64,000 nucleotides of DNA from Desulfatiglandales bacterium (GTDB taxonomy: Bacteria; Desulfobacterota; DSM-4660; Desulfatiglandales; Desulfatiglandaceae), in NCBI GenBank assembly GCA_963666345.1, contig OY762721.1, forward strand, positions 1,728,001 to 1,792,000, written 5' to 3'. The number at the start of each line of letters is the position of its first letter. Position 1 is the first letter of the stretch. This document shows positions 20,298 through 29,476 of the stretch, one piece after another. The notes beneath the pieces are model-generated. The model had not been told where the DNA came from and searched no databases. It saw only the letters and a list, made by a program, of their open reading frames with translations. The translations under genes and the position numbers were made by a program.

Positions 20298-20323
20298 CCA
20301 CCCTTCCCCGGGGGGGAAGGGTG
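20298..20323. other. Intercistronic stem-loop between dctP and dctQ
   Basis: CCACCCTTCCCC-GG-GGGGAAGGGTGG perfect 12-bp inverted repeat. Confidence 0.7.
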
Positions 20324-20335
20324 GGGCCCGGTAAA

Positions 20336-21349
20336 TTATTCCGCGGTCTGGGATTTCAGATAAAAAACTATTTCATCAGCCTTAAGCCCCTTCTTCTTCG
20401 CATCTTCAATCCATTTGTCGCTGATCGGGGCGAGCCTGTTTTCCCACCTGGCCTTTTCATCGCCGGCCAGTGTATATATTTCGATATTATGATTCTTTTT
20501 CGACCACGCGATCGATTCGTTTACATGATCGTCCATATACTTGCCGGTCCACTCACACTGCTCCTTACCCATCCCGTCCATGACCTTCTGCACATCCGGT
20601 GGAAGGGAATTCCATTTATCCATGTTCATTACCACTGCAAAGGGATAGACAGGACCGTTGAATATAGTCACATATTTGCAGAGTTCGGCATATTTGAAAT
20701 CCATAAGTGTCTCAAGCGAGGAGGCAGCCCCTTTAACGACACCCTTCTGAAGGGCTTCGGGTGTCTCCGACTGGGGCATTCCAACCGGTGCCGCCCCCAG
20801 GGCCTTCAATACCTGGGCGACTCCGCCTGAAGCCCTAAGTTCGAGCCCCTTGAGGTCTTCAAGGTTTTTGACCGGCTTTTTCGCGTATATGTTCGCGGGT
20901 GCGCAGGTAAACATTGTGAGGACTTTGACTTCTGAAAATTCTTTCGGCATGAATTTATTGTATAAATTCCAGAGGGCCCGACTTGAGGTCAAAGCGTCCG
21001 GAAATCCTATAGGCAGGGCCGTAGCGTTTGTAACTATGAAGCGGCCGGGCTGGTATGCCATGCAAAGGCATCCTATGTCCGCCTGGCCCGAGATGACCCC
21101 GTCCATCATGTTTTTCGCCCCTAAAAGGGTTCCCCCCGGATAGGTGTTTATCGCCACCTTGTTGCCGGTTCGTTTTTCCACTTCCTCTTTCCACCTTTCC
21201 ATCTGAACGCAGGGAAAGGTCGGGGCGGGAGGAAAATTCGCATAGCTAAGTTTTATTGGTCCTGCTGAGGCGGTCCCTGTCAACAAAGAAAGAGAAAGCA
21301 CTGCAGCCAAGCATACTCCACCCAGTAAAAAAAATAGTCTTGATCTCAT
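20336..21349 (-). CDS. dctP: TRAP transporter substrate-binding protein
   Basis: Signal peptide; YPGGTL, LEDLKGLELR, LQKGVVKG, MNMDKWNSLPPD. Confidence 0.93.
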   Translation of the reverse strand: MRSRLFFLLGGVCLAAVLSLSLLTGTASAGPIKLSYANFPPAPTFPCVQMERWKEEVEKRTGNKVAINTYPGGTLLGAKNMMDGVISGQADIGCLCMAYQPGRFIVTNATALPIGFPDALTSSRALWNLYNKFMPKEFSEVKVLTMFTCAPANIYAKKPVKNLEDLKGLELRASGGVAQVLKALGAAPVGMPQSETPEALQKGVVKGAASSLETLMDFKYAELCKYVTIFNGPVYPFAVVMNMDKWNSLPPDVQKVMDGMGKEQCEWTGKYMDDHVNESIAWSKKNHNIEIYTLAGDEKARWENRLAPISDKWIEDAKKKGLKADEIVFYLKSQTAE

Positions 21350-21540
21350 TTTTTGACCTCCTTATTGGTGGAAAACTCATCAATCTTTCCTTAGATGACT
21401 TAGACAATCACCTCCTTTCTCGGCAAAAAAGATATAACAGCCCGGGCAGTTTACTGAACATCTATCCGGAGTCGCTTTCTCTTCTTTTTAACGGCAAATG
21501 AAATATCTGCAACTATCCTCGCGCCTAGAGGAACTACCCG

Positions 21541-23169
21541 CTAAAAGATGTTCGGTTCGGTATATTCACCGAAGACCTCCCTGAACACATTCGCCATTTC
21601 TCCTACCGTCGCATATGACTTGCAGCATTCGACAAGGTAGGGCATGACATTTTTTTTGTCTCCGGCAGCCTTTTCAAGTCTCTGAAGCGAATCAAAGGCC
21701 GCCTTTTCATTCCTCTGCTTCTTTAATTCGTTGAGCCTTTCTATCTGCAGTCTGGCCCAGCTCTCGTTGTATTCATGAAGCTCGACTTCCATGTCCACGC
21801 CTTCGGTATACTTATTGACCCCCACCTTGGTTACTTCGCCCTTCTGGAGTTTTTTCTCATATTCATAGGCCTGTCTTGACACCTGCCTCTGAACGTAGCC
21901 GGATGATACCGCCTCAACCATCCCCCCCTGTTTTTCGACAAGCTCCATCTCTTCAAGAATTTTTTCCTCCATCTGCTTTGTAAGTGTCTCCATGAAATAG
22001 GAGCCTGCCAGGGGATCCACCGTGTCGCGCAATCCGATCTCATCCATCAATATCTGAAACGTCCTCAGGGAAAGCAGGGCCGCCCTCCGGGTGGGGATGG
22101 TGTAAGCCTCGTCGAATGAGCACAGCGCCGTGGTCTGTGCACCTGAAAGAGCGGAAGCCATGGCGTAATAGGCGCCCCTCATGATATTGTTCTCAGGCTG
22201 CTGCTTTGTCATGCCTGAGCCTCCCCCCCCGAAAATGCCTCTCAGGAAAAGCGCCTTTTTATTCTTAACGCCGTATCTCTGCCTCAAAAGTGTCGCCCAC
22301 AGCTTTCTGGCCGCCCTGAACTTTGCTACCGTCTCCCACAGGTTGCCGTATATATTGAGGTTGAATGAAAATCTCCCTACCACCTCCTCGGCGCTGTAGC
22401 CTCTTGCCACCACATTGTCTATGTAGGCGAACGCGATCAGAAGGGCGTACGATATCTCCTGGGCCGGTGTGCAACCCGATTCCCTTATATGGTAACCGCA
22501 GACCGAAACGGGATTGCACCTCGGCAGCTCCTTCATGGAATATTCGATCGTATCCCCTATGAGCCGGACGGCCGGTTCCACCGGATAAATCCAGGCCCCC
22601 CTTCCGACTATCTCCTTGAGGATATCGTTTTGGGGTGTGGCGGATATCTTTGTCCTGTCATAGCCGAAGACCTCGGCCACGGACTGATACATGGCGAGCA
22701 TTATGGATGCCACGGCATTTATGGTGAGCCCGCTTCCTATGCGGTTGAGATCGATATCCTTGAAGGCGACTTCAAAATCCCTGAGGGAATCGACCGCCAT
22801 TCCGACCCTTCCCACTTCCCCCTCGGCCATCGGGTTATCCGAATCGTATCCCATCTGGGTGGGCAGATCAAAGGCCACGTTAAGGCCTGTCTGCCCGTTA
22901 GAGATCATGAGCTTGAAGCGCTCGTTTGTCTCTTCAGGGGTCCCGAAACCCGTGTACTGTCTGGTTGTCCAGTTCCTGCTCCGGTATCCGAGCGGGTGAA
23001 GGCTCCTTGAAAAGGGGAACTCCCCCGGGTCCCCAAGGTCTTTTTGGTAATCAAAACCTATTTCTTCAAGGTCTTCAGGCGTGTATACCGGTTTTATCTC
23101 AATGCCGGACTGCAGAATAACCTCTTTTATGGCATCCCTGTCATCCTTTATATAGGTTGCAACTCCCAT
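21541..23169 (-). CDS. Acyl-CoA mutase (methylmalonyl-CoA mutase family), large substrate-binding subunit with atypical pocket
   Basis: PGEFPF.R, WTTRQYTGFG, AFDLPTQMGYDSD, QNDILKE, GYHIRESG, DPLAGSY. Confidence 0.92.
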   Translation of the reverse strand: MGVATYIKDDRDAIKEVILQSGIEIKPVYTPEDLEEIGFDYQKDLGDPGEFPFSRSLHPLGYRSRNWTTRQYTGFGTPEETNERFKLMISNGQTGLNVAFDLPTQMGYDSDNPMAEGEVGRVGMAVDSLRDFEVAFKDIDLNRIGSGLTINAVASIMLAMYQSVAEVFGYDRTKISATPQNDILKEIVGRGAWIYPVEPAVRLIGDTIEYSMKELPRCNPVSVCGYHIRESGCTPAQEISYALLIAFAYIDNVVARGYSAEEVVGRFSFNLNIYGNLWETVAKFRAARKLWATLLRQRYGVKNKKALFLRGIFGGGGSGMTKQQPENNIMRGAYYAMASALSGAQTTALCSFDEAYTIPTRRAALLSLRTFQILMDEIGLRDTVDPLAGSYFMETLTKQMEEKILEEMELVEKQGGMVEAVSSGYVQRQVSRQAYEYEKKLQKGEVTKVGVNKYTEGVDMEVELHEYNESWARLQIERLNELKKQRNEKAAFDSLQRLEKAAGDKKNVMPYLVECCKSYATVGEMANVFREVFGEYTEPNIF

Positions 23170-23286
23170 GGTTATTCATCTCCTTGTCTGACCTGTTTAA
23201 GGCCTCAACTTTTCTCCCCGCCCGTTTAATCGGGGTCATGTTCCTTAATCTCAGGAAACCGTCCCTGCCGCACGCTCAAGGATTTC

Positions 23287-23691
23287 TCACACGGGCCCGG
23301 AGGCGTTGCCTTTTATGAAATCCACGATATCCACGAATGCGGTCCCTCCGGGGAAAATCCCTCCCACACCCATCTTTTCAAGCTTATGGATATCATTGTT
23401 CGGGATTACCCCTCCAAGGACTACCAGCTTGTCGTCGACCTCTTTTTCTTTCAAAAGCCCCATAAGCTTCCTGCATATGGGCATATGGGCGCCCGACATG
23501 ATCGAAAGACCTATCACATCCGCATCTTCCTGAATCGACTGATTCACAATGCTTTCCACGGTCTGATGAAGCCCGGTGTAAATGACCTCCATGCCCGCCT
23601 CTTTCAGGGCATGCGCCACGACCTTTGCCCCCCTGTCGTGACCGTCAAGTCCCGGTTTGGCCAGAAGGACCCTTATCTTCCTCTCCAACAT
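23287..23691 (-). CDS. Cobalamin-binding small subunit of the acyl-CoA mutase
   Basis: KPGLDGHDRG (DxHxxG), GLSIMSGAH, GGVIP. Confidence 0.95.
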   Translation of the reverse strand: MLERKIRVLLAKPGLDGHDRGAKVVAHALKEAGMEVIYTGLHQTVESIVNQSIQEDADVIGLSIMSGAHMPICRKLMGLLKEKEVDDKLVVLGGVIPNNDIHKLEKMGVGGIFPGGTAFVDIVDFIKGNASGPV

Positions 23692-23742
23692 TTTCCGAGC
23701 ACCTCTTAATCGACTATGATTTTTATAGATTTCTTATGGGGC

Positions 23743-24447
23743 TTATATGACATCCTGCATGTCATATTCCCTCAGGACCGCCTCCTTACCCTTAAGGATA
23801 TGTTCCCTTACAAGCCTTTCGACACCTTCGGCGTCCCGTCTCTTTATATACGCAACTATCTGCCTGTGGTCGTCATTGCTGGTCCTGGCCCAGTCCTCCA
23901 TCTTGAGGATCATCCTCCTGAACCGGTAGATCTGCTCTCTGAGATTATTTATCAGCCTTATCAGCTTAGGGCTCCTGCTAAGGGCGTAGAGCATATCGTG
24001 AAATTCCGTATTGATCCTGGGAAGATCTTCAAGCCGGCCCTTTTCCAGGCATCTCTGGTATTCGTCTATCTTCTCCTCGACCGCACTCAATTCATGCCCG
24101 TTGTGTGCCAGGGCCGCAAGCCTTGCGGCATAGCTCTCAAGAACCGCCCTTATTCCGAAGGTCTCATCGATCTCGGCACGGGTCAGACCGGCCACAAACA
24201 GTCCGCCTGTCGGGTACTTGCAGAGAAGTCCCTCCCTTTCCAGCTTGTGTATGGCCTCCCTTACCGGTGTCCGGCTGATATCGAGCGCCTTTGCCACCTG
24301 ACTCTCAATTATCCTGGAGCCTGGGGCAAGGGAGCCGTCAACGATCGATTCCTTGAGGTTCTCATATACATACTGGCCAAGAGATCTTCTCAGCGGCAGC
24401 GATTTGAACTCCTTGAAATCAGGATATTTTATCATACCCTTTTCCAT
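23743..24447 (-). CDS. GntR (FadR/FCD subfamily) transcriptional regulator
   Basis: wHTH PGSRI.E..A..LDISRTPVREA; FCD domain N.EFH...H; start uncertain. Confidence 0.92.
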   Translation of the reverse strand: MEKGMIKYPDFKEFKSLPLRRSLGQYVYENLKESIVDGSLAPGSRIIESQVAKALDISRTPVREAIHKLEREGLLCKYPTGGLFVAGLTRAEIDETFGIRAVLESYAARLAALAHNGHELSAVEEKIDEYQRCLEKGRLEDLPRINTEFHDMLYALSRSPKLIRLINNLREQIYRFRRMILKMEDWARTSNDDHRQIVAYIKRRDAEGVERLVREHILKGKEAVLREYDMQDVI

Positions 24448-24524
24448 ATCAAAAATTATCGAACCCAAAAAGGCCCCTCTATCCCCTGAAACAACATGAA
24501 CCGGGCTGAACGCGGGCGTTCCCT

Positions 24525-25658
24525 TTATCTGAGATACTGCCTGGCGATAGTGGTCTGAAGTACCTCATGGGTACCCCCGCCGTAGAGCAGAAATCTATTG
24601 TCCCTGTAAAACCGCTGGACATCGTATTCCATGGAATAACCATACGCCCCGTAGATCCTGGTTGCCTCATCACACGCGCTGCAGGCCGATTCCACGGTGA
24701 AATACTTTGCCATTGACGCCTCGTTCAGACACTCTGTCTTATCGTCGATCAGGTGAGTGACCTTATCCACCATGAGGCGTCCCGCCTCCAGATTTACCGC
24801 CATATTGGCGATCTTGGCCTGGATGAGCTGGTATTTGCCTATCTGTTTTCCGAACTGCGCCCTCTCCTTGCAGTACCTTATGGAGGCGTCCATGGCGGCC
24901 CGGTGGATTCCTATTGCCAGTGCCGCAGTCATGATCCTTATCTCGGCAAGGATCGTCAGGAGCACATTGAGCCCCCTCCCCAGCTCCCCCAGCATGTATT
25001 CGTCCGGCACGCGGCAGTTGTTGAAATAGATTTCGGAAAGAGCGCTTGTCCTGGTTCCCAGGGTGTCGAATTTCTTGCTGTGCGAAAAACCTGGGGTATC
25101 GCTCGGGATAAAGAAGAACATGAGCCCCCTCAATCCCTTTTCAGGATCGGTCTGGCACAGTACGGTATGAAAATCTCCGTACGGTCCGCTCGTGGACCAT
25201 GTCTTCATTCCGTTTATGACCCAGCCGTCTTTCACCTTTACGGCCCTTGTCCTCACATTGCCCAGATCGGAGCCCGCCTCAGGTTCGGTAAGCTGAAAAG
25301 CGCCTATCTTCTCCCCCCTCAGGGCGGGTTTCAGATACTTTTCATGCATCTCCTTTGTCCCGTAAAGGTAAAGGCCGTTGGTTCCCATAAGGCACTGCAT
25401 GGCGGTCATGGCCCCGAGGCTCATAAGCCCTCTTGCCAGCTCCTCCATGGCGATACAGTAAAGGGTGGTATTACCTCCCGAACCCCCCGCCTTTTCGGGA
25501 TACCTTATGCCTAGGACCCCCATGCGCGCCAGTTTGTCAAACTGCTCCCTTGGAAATTCCCCCTTCTCATCAAGTTCCCTGGCAAAGGGGATGACCTCCT
25601 CATCAACGAACCTGGACATGACCTTCCGCATCAGTTTTTCCGGATCTGAACGCAGCAT
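24525..25658 (-). CDS. Acyl-CoA dehydrogenase lacking the canonical catalytic Glu (IaaF-like, inferred)
   Basis: LTEPEAGSD, NGMKTW, RAQFGKQI, YGAYGYS; LYGGGT in place of IYEGT. Confidence 0.9.
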   Translation of the reverse strand: MLRSDPEKLMRKVMSRFVDEEVIPFARELDEKGEFPREQFDKLARMGVLGIRYPEKAGGSGGNTTLYCIAMEELARGLMSLGAMTAMQCLMGTNGLYLYGTKEMHEKYLKPALRGEKIGAFQLTEPEAGSDLGNVRTRAVKVKDGWVINGMKTWSTSGPYGDFHTVLCQTDPEKGLRGLMFFFIPSDTPGFSHSKKFDTLGTRTSALSEIYFNNCRVPDEYMLGELGRGLNVLLTILAEIRIMTAALAIGIHRAAMDASIRYCKERAQFGKQIGKYQLIQAKIANMAVNLEAGRLMVDKVTHLIDDKTECLNEASMAKYFTVESACSACDEATRIYGAYGYSMEYDVQRFYRDNRFLLYGGGTHEVLQTTIARQYLR

Positions 25659-26857
25659 TATGCCCCCCGAACAGACTTGATTTCATTCATCGCTTTAACC
25701 AGCCTGGGTACCACCTCATGCAGGTCCCCCACTATCCCCCAGTCCGCCACATCGAATATGGGAGCCCCTTCATCCCTGTTTATTGCCACTACATACCTTG
25801 AGCCGAGCATACCGGCCCGGTGCTGAATCGCGCCCGAGATGCCGCAAGCTATGTACAGCTCAGGCCTTACGGTCTGTCCTGTCTGACCCACCTGTCTGTC
25901 AACCGGAAGCCAGCCTTCCTCCACTATTATCCTTGTACCTGCCACCTCGCCACCCATGGCCTCGGCAAGAGAAAACAGGGCGCCCATCCCCTCTTTGGAG
26001 CCTACTCCCCTTCCGCCCGCCACGATTACCCCTGCCTCGCCGATGCTCACTCCCTGTTTCTTCTCCTTTACGATCTCGAGGAGCTTTGTCCCTATTTCCT
26101 TTTCCTTCAACGCCACGGCGCACTTGATTACCTCTCCCCTGTTTCCCGGTTTGGGAAGGATCTCCATCACGCCGGGCCTGACCGTGGCCATCTGGGGCCT
26201 TGAGTACCTGTTGGCGATGGTGGCCATGACATTGCCGCCGAACGCGGGCCTTGTCTGGAGAAGGATACCTTCCTCTTCATCTATGCTCAGCTCGGTGCAG
26301 TCGGCAGTCAGACCCACCCCTATCCTTCTGGATACCCGCGGGGCGAGATCACGCCCTATATGGGTTGCGCCCATAAGGAGGATATTGGGTTTGTAACTGC
26401 TTACGATCTCCTGGATCACATTGGTGTAGGCGACGGTCCTGTAGTGTTCAAGCGCCTTGGACTGCGCAAGCATGACCCTGTCCGCCCCGTGCTCAATAAG
26501 GGTCTTGGAAAGGGCTGAGACCTTGTAACCCAGAAGGAGCGCCGAGACCTCCTGATCCAGTGACAAGGCAAGGTCCTGCGCCTTACCGAGAAGCTCGAGT
26601 GATACCCTGCTCAGCTTTCCCTCCCTCTGCTCGGCAAAGACCCATATGCCTTTCCTGTCGCTGAAATCAGGTATTTCCCTCGGCACCATGTCCGTATTAA
26701 TGGCCTTCTGCTTGCATACCTCAAGGCAGGCGCCGCATGATGTGCATTTATCGAGTATATGCGCCTTGCCCTCCCTCATTTCCACCGCGCCGTAGGGACA
26801 GGCCTTGAGGCAGCGCTTGCATCCGTTACACAGATCAGTTTCAACCCATACCGTCAT
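25658..26857 (-). CDS. etfA: Electron transfer flavoprotein alpha subunit with N-terminal 2x[4Fe-4S] domain
   Basis: CNGCKRCLKACP, CTSCGACLEVC; RPAFGGN, QVGQTG, GISGAIQH. Confidence 0.93.
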   Translation of the reverse strand: MTVWVETDLCNGCKRCLKACPYGAVEMREGKAHILDKCTSCGACLEVCKQKAINTDMVPREIPDFSDRKGIWVFAEQREGKLSRVSLELLGKAQDLALSLDQEVSALLLGYKVSALSKTLIEHGADRVMLAQSKALEHYRTVAYTNVIQEIVSSYKPNILLMGATHIGRDLAPRVSRRIGVGLTADCTELSIDEEEGILLQTRPAFGGNVMATIANRYSRPQMATVRPGVMEILPKPGNRGEVIKCAVALKEKEIGTKLLEIVKEKKQGVSIGEAGVIVAGGRGVGSKEGMGALFSLAEAMGGEVAGTRIIVEEGWLPVDRQVGQTGQTVRPELYIACGISGAIQHRAGMLGSRYVVAINRDEGAPIFDVADWGIVGDLHEVVPRLVKAMNEIKSVRGA

Positions 26858-26939
26858 TCTCACATCTCCACTATTATGAGGGCTCCATTTGCATGCCTGT
26901 TATCGCCGCACCAGCCGGTCTTCTCATTTTTCCCGGTTT

Positions 26940-27731
26940 TCATATCAGCTTGTTCTCCCTGAATCTTGACACCAGGGTGCCTACCGCCTCTTCGGCATCC
27001 GCCTTGATTAACTCCCCCTGCCGCTTGAACTTGGGGGCAAAGGTCTTTATGACATGAGTCAGGGATCCTTCCAGGCCTATATCCTTTGCCTGTGCTCCGA
27101 TATCCGCCGCATTCCATATGGTTATGGGGGCCTTTTCGCCGCAGGCCTTTAACAGTCCCGAAACCGCGGGATGGCGCGGAGAGTTTATTTCTCCTATCAC
27201 GGTCAGCAGGGCCGGAAGAGAGCACTGCACCTTCTCGAATCCGTTTTCCAGCCTCCTGTGTACCACCATTGTCTTCTTCTTTATCTCTTCTATTCGGGAG
27301 ACATATGTTACCTGTGATATACCCAGATACTCCGCCACCTGGGGCCCGATCTGGGCGGTATCGCCGTCTATGGCCTGGCGCCCGCACAGTATGATGTCAT
27401 AGCCGCCCATTTTTTCGATCGCCTTTCCCAGGGTGGAAGAGGTGGCCCATGTGTCGGCCCCGGCAAAGGCCCTGTCGGTCAGCAGTATCCCGGAATCGGC
27501 CCCCATGCCGATGGCCTCCGAGACCGCATCTATCGCCTGCGGGGGGCCCATGGAAAGCACCTTTACCTTGCCGCCCCAGGTCTCCTTTATACTCACCGCA
27601 GCCTCAAGCGCGTGGCGGTCATCCGGGTTTATTATGCTTTCGATCCCCTCCCTTATGAGGTTCCCGGTCTTTGGATCCAGTTTTACTTCCGTTGTATCGG
27701 GGACCTGTTTAACAAGGACGATAATCTTCAT
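26940..27731 (-). CDS. etfB: Electron transfer flavoprotein beta subunit
   Basis: KQVPD, SMGPP, FAGADT, GRQAIDGDTAQ. Confidence 0.95.
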   Translation of the reverse strand: MKIIVLVKQVPDTTEVKLDPKTGNLIREGIESIINPDDRHALEAAVSIKETWGGKVKVLSMGPPQAIDAVSEAIGMGADSGILLTDRAFAGADTWATSSTLGKAIEKMGGYDIILCGRQAIDGDTAQIGPQVAEYLGISQVTYVSRIEEIKKKTMVVHRRLENGFEKVQCSLPALLTVIGEINSPRHPAVSGLLKACGEKAPITIWNAADIGAQAKDIGLEGSLTHVIKTFAPKFKRQGELIKADAEEAVGTLVSRFRENKLI

Positions 27732-27775
27732 TGCCCTTCTCCATGCCGTGTTAAAAGCCGTGACTCGATTAATAA

Positions 27776-28012
27776 GGTTCTTCTCCCAATTAATTGGGAG
27801 AAAGGGTCCAAGGGTTCCAGGGTTCTTTGCTCCACTTACGCTTCGCTCAGTTCCACAGCTTCGTAGCAGATTCCCGGTTTCAAGAATAACCCAACTTACC
27901 TGACATCATGGCTAATGTTTAAATCTCTATAATTTACAAGCAGTTCACTCGAACCCGCGAACCCTTGACCCCTCGAATCCTTCATTTAGATCAGCTCTTT
28001 TGGAGATGATCC
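27776..28012. mobile_element. MITE-like element, family A, complete, with 8-bp TSD
   Basis: Ends GGTTCTTCTCC...GGAGATGATCC (imperfect TIR); flanked by ATTAATAA at 27768-27775 and 28013-28020. Confidence 0.85.
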
Positions 28013-28034
28013 ATTAATAATAGCCTGCGCGTTC

Positions 28035-29225
28035 CTAGATGATCTTTTCCTCTTTGAGTTGATCCAGTTGTTCGGATGAATATCCGAGCATGCCGTAAAT
28101 CTCGCCGTTATGCTCCCCGAAGCGGGGAGGAAAGGAGAGCATCCTGTTCGATTCCTCGACAAAAGAGGTCATATTGGGCGGAGGCGGCATGGTAAGGCGC
28201 GTGCCGGAGTTTTTATCCTCTGTATAGAGCAGTCGTGTCTCCACAAGGGGATCTGCGACTACCTCGGGGATGGTCTTTATCTTGCTTATCGGAATGGTTA
28301 TGGAATTGAACAGATCGATCAACTCCTCACTGCTTATCTTTGAGGTAATCTCATTGATTTTGCGGTTCAGATTCTCTACGTCCCCTATCCTGCCGGAGTT
28401 TTTCCCGTACTGCTCCTCGTCAAGGGATTTGAATATGTCAAGAGATATCATCGAACCCCACTGCCTGTCGTTACCCACGGCTATGTACACGTAACCGTTA
28501 CTCGTCTTGAATACCGATACGGGACAGAAGAATTCATGGGTATTGCCCCTTCTGGTTATGGGCCTGCCGTAAAGGGTTGAAAGGGTGATAGGCACGGTAA
28601 GCCATGACACGGAAGATTCGAACATGGACATGTTTATGCAGGAGCCCTCTCCCGTGACCTGACGCCTGAAAAGCGCCTTCATGAGCAGACCGTATGAGTG
28701 TTCGCTCGTGCCCATGTCGGGAAGCGGTATGCCCAGCACCTGTGGGTCGGAATCGGCCTCGCCCGTGAGATCCATCAGGCCTGAGCGGGCCTGAAGGATC
28801 GGATCATAGGCCCCCTCGTTGCTGTCCGGCCCGAAACCTGTAACCCCCAGCCATATTATATCCTTTTTTACTTGTCTGAGGGTGTCATAGTCGATTCCCA
28901 GTTTTTTATAGTTCCTTGGAAGCTGGTTTGTGGCGAATATATCCACCTTCAGCTCGGTGATAAGCGTCCTCAACAGATCCTGTCCCTTTGGATCACCCAG
29001 ATTCAGAGTAAGGGCCTTTTTCCCTGCGTTTATGCAGAGGAAATAGGAATTCATCCTCTCTTCTCCCAGGACATTTTCCCCTATAAACCGGTTCGGATCA
29101 CCATAAACCGGATGCTCCAGCCTGATGACCTTCATCCCGTCCTGGGCGAGTCTGTATGTGAGATATGGCAGAACCGTTGCCTGTTCAAGCGAAAGTACGG
29201 TGAGATTCTTAAAAAGACCCATCAT
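28035..29225 (-). CDS. Family III (CaiB/BaiF) CoA-transferase (IaaL-like role inferred)
   Basis: GDPNR, NAGKK, LGIDYDTL, YDPILQARSGLM, catalytic Asp in PDMGTS; GGAGG RBS. Confidence 0.9.
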   Translation of the reverse strand: MMGLFKNLTVLSLEQATVLPYLTYRLAQDGMKVIRLEHPVYGDPNRFIGENVLGEERMNSYFLCINAGKKALTLNLGDPKGQDLLRTLITELKVDIFATNQLPRNYKKLGIDYDTLRQVKKDIIWLGVTGFGPDSNEGAYDPILQARSGLMDLTGEADSDPQVLGIPLPDMGTSEHSYGLLMKALFRRQVTGEGSCINMSMFESSVSWLTVPITLSTLYGRPITRRGNTHEFFCPVSVFKTSNGYVYIAVGNDRQWGSMISLDIFKSLDEEQYGKNSGRIGDVENLNRKINEITSKISSEELIDLFNSITIPISKIKTIPEVVADPLVETRLLYTEDKNSGTRLTMPPPPNMTSFVEESNRMLSFPPRFGEHNGEIYGMLGYSSEQLDQLKEEKII

Positions 29226-29406
29226 ATTCCTCCCGGTTGAAGGTAAAAGGGTTCGAAAAGCGTAAACCGATCCTTTAACAGACAAAACAAAAAGGGAGTT
29301 AATATAAGATTAGATAGCCCGTTTAAAAACTATAAATATTATTTAAATATAATTTGCTATGATTAGGAATGTAAAAAAGACGTTTATCAGCTGTTTTGCA
29401 AAAACA

Positions 29407-29435
29407 TGTATACAGTATACATTATTTGCTGTCAA
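29407..29435 (-). promoter_or_regulatory. Main sigma70 promoter of the catabolic cluster with overlapping putative GntR operator
   Basis: Minus strand TTGACA-N17-TATACA in AT-rich DNA; TGTATACAGTATACA (29407-29421) covers the -10 box and part of the spacer. Confidence 0.7.
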
Positions 29436-29476
29436 ATTTTTTCTCACTTTTTTTTAATTTTTACAATTCATGCATG

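Noticed and set aside
21350..21420. Second strong RBS (AAAGGAGGTGA, minus strand) suggesting a leader peptide before dctP
   Set aside because: No properly spaced start codon
21541..23691. Isobutyryl-CoA or 2-hydroxyisobutyryl-CoA mutase; alkane/alkylsuccinate pathway
   Set aside because: Tyr and Arg specificity residues are retained, and there is no glycyl-radical enzyme in the window. No meaB or cobalamin riboswitch was recognised either
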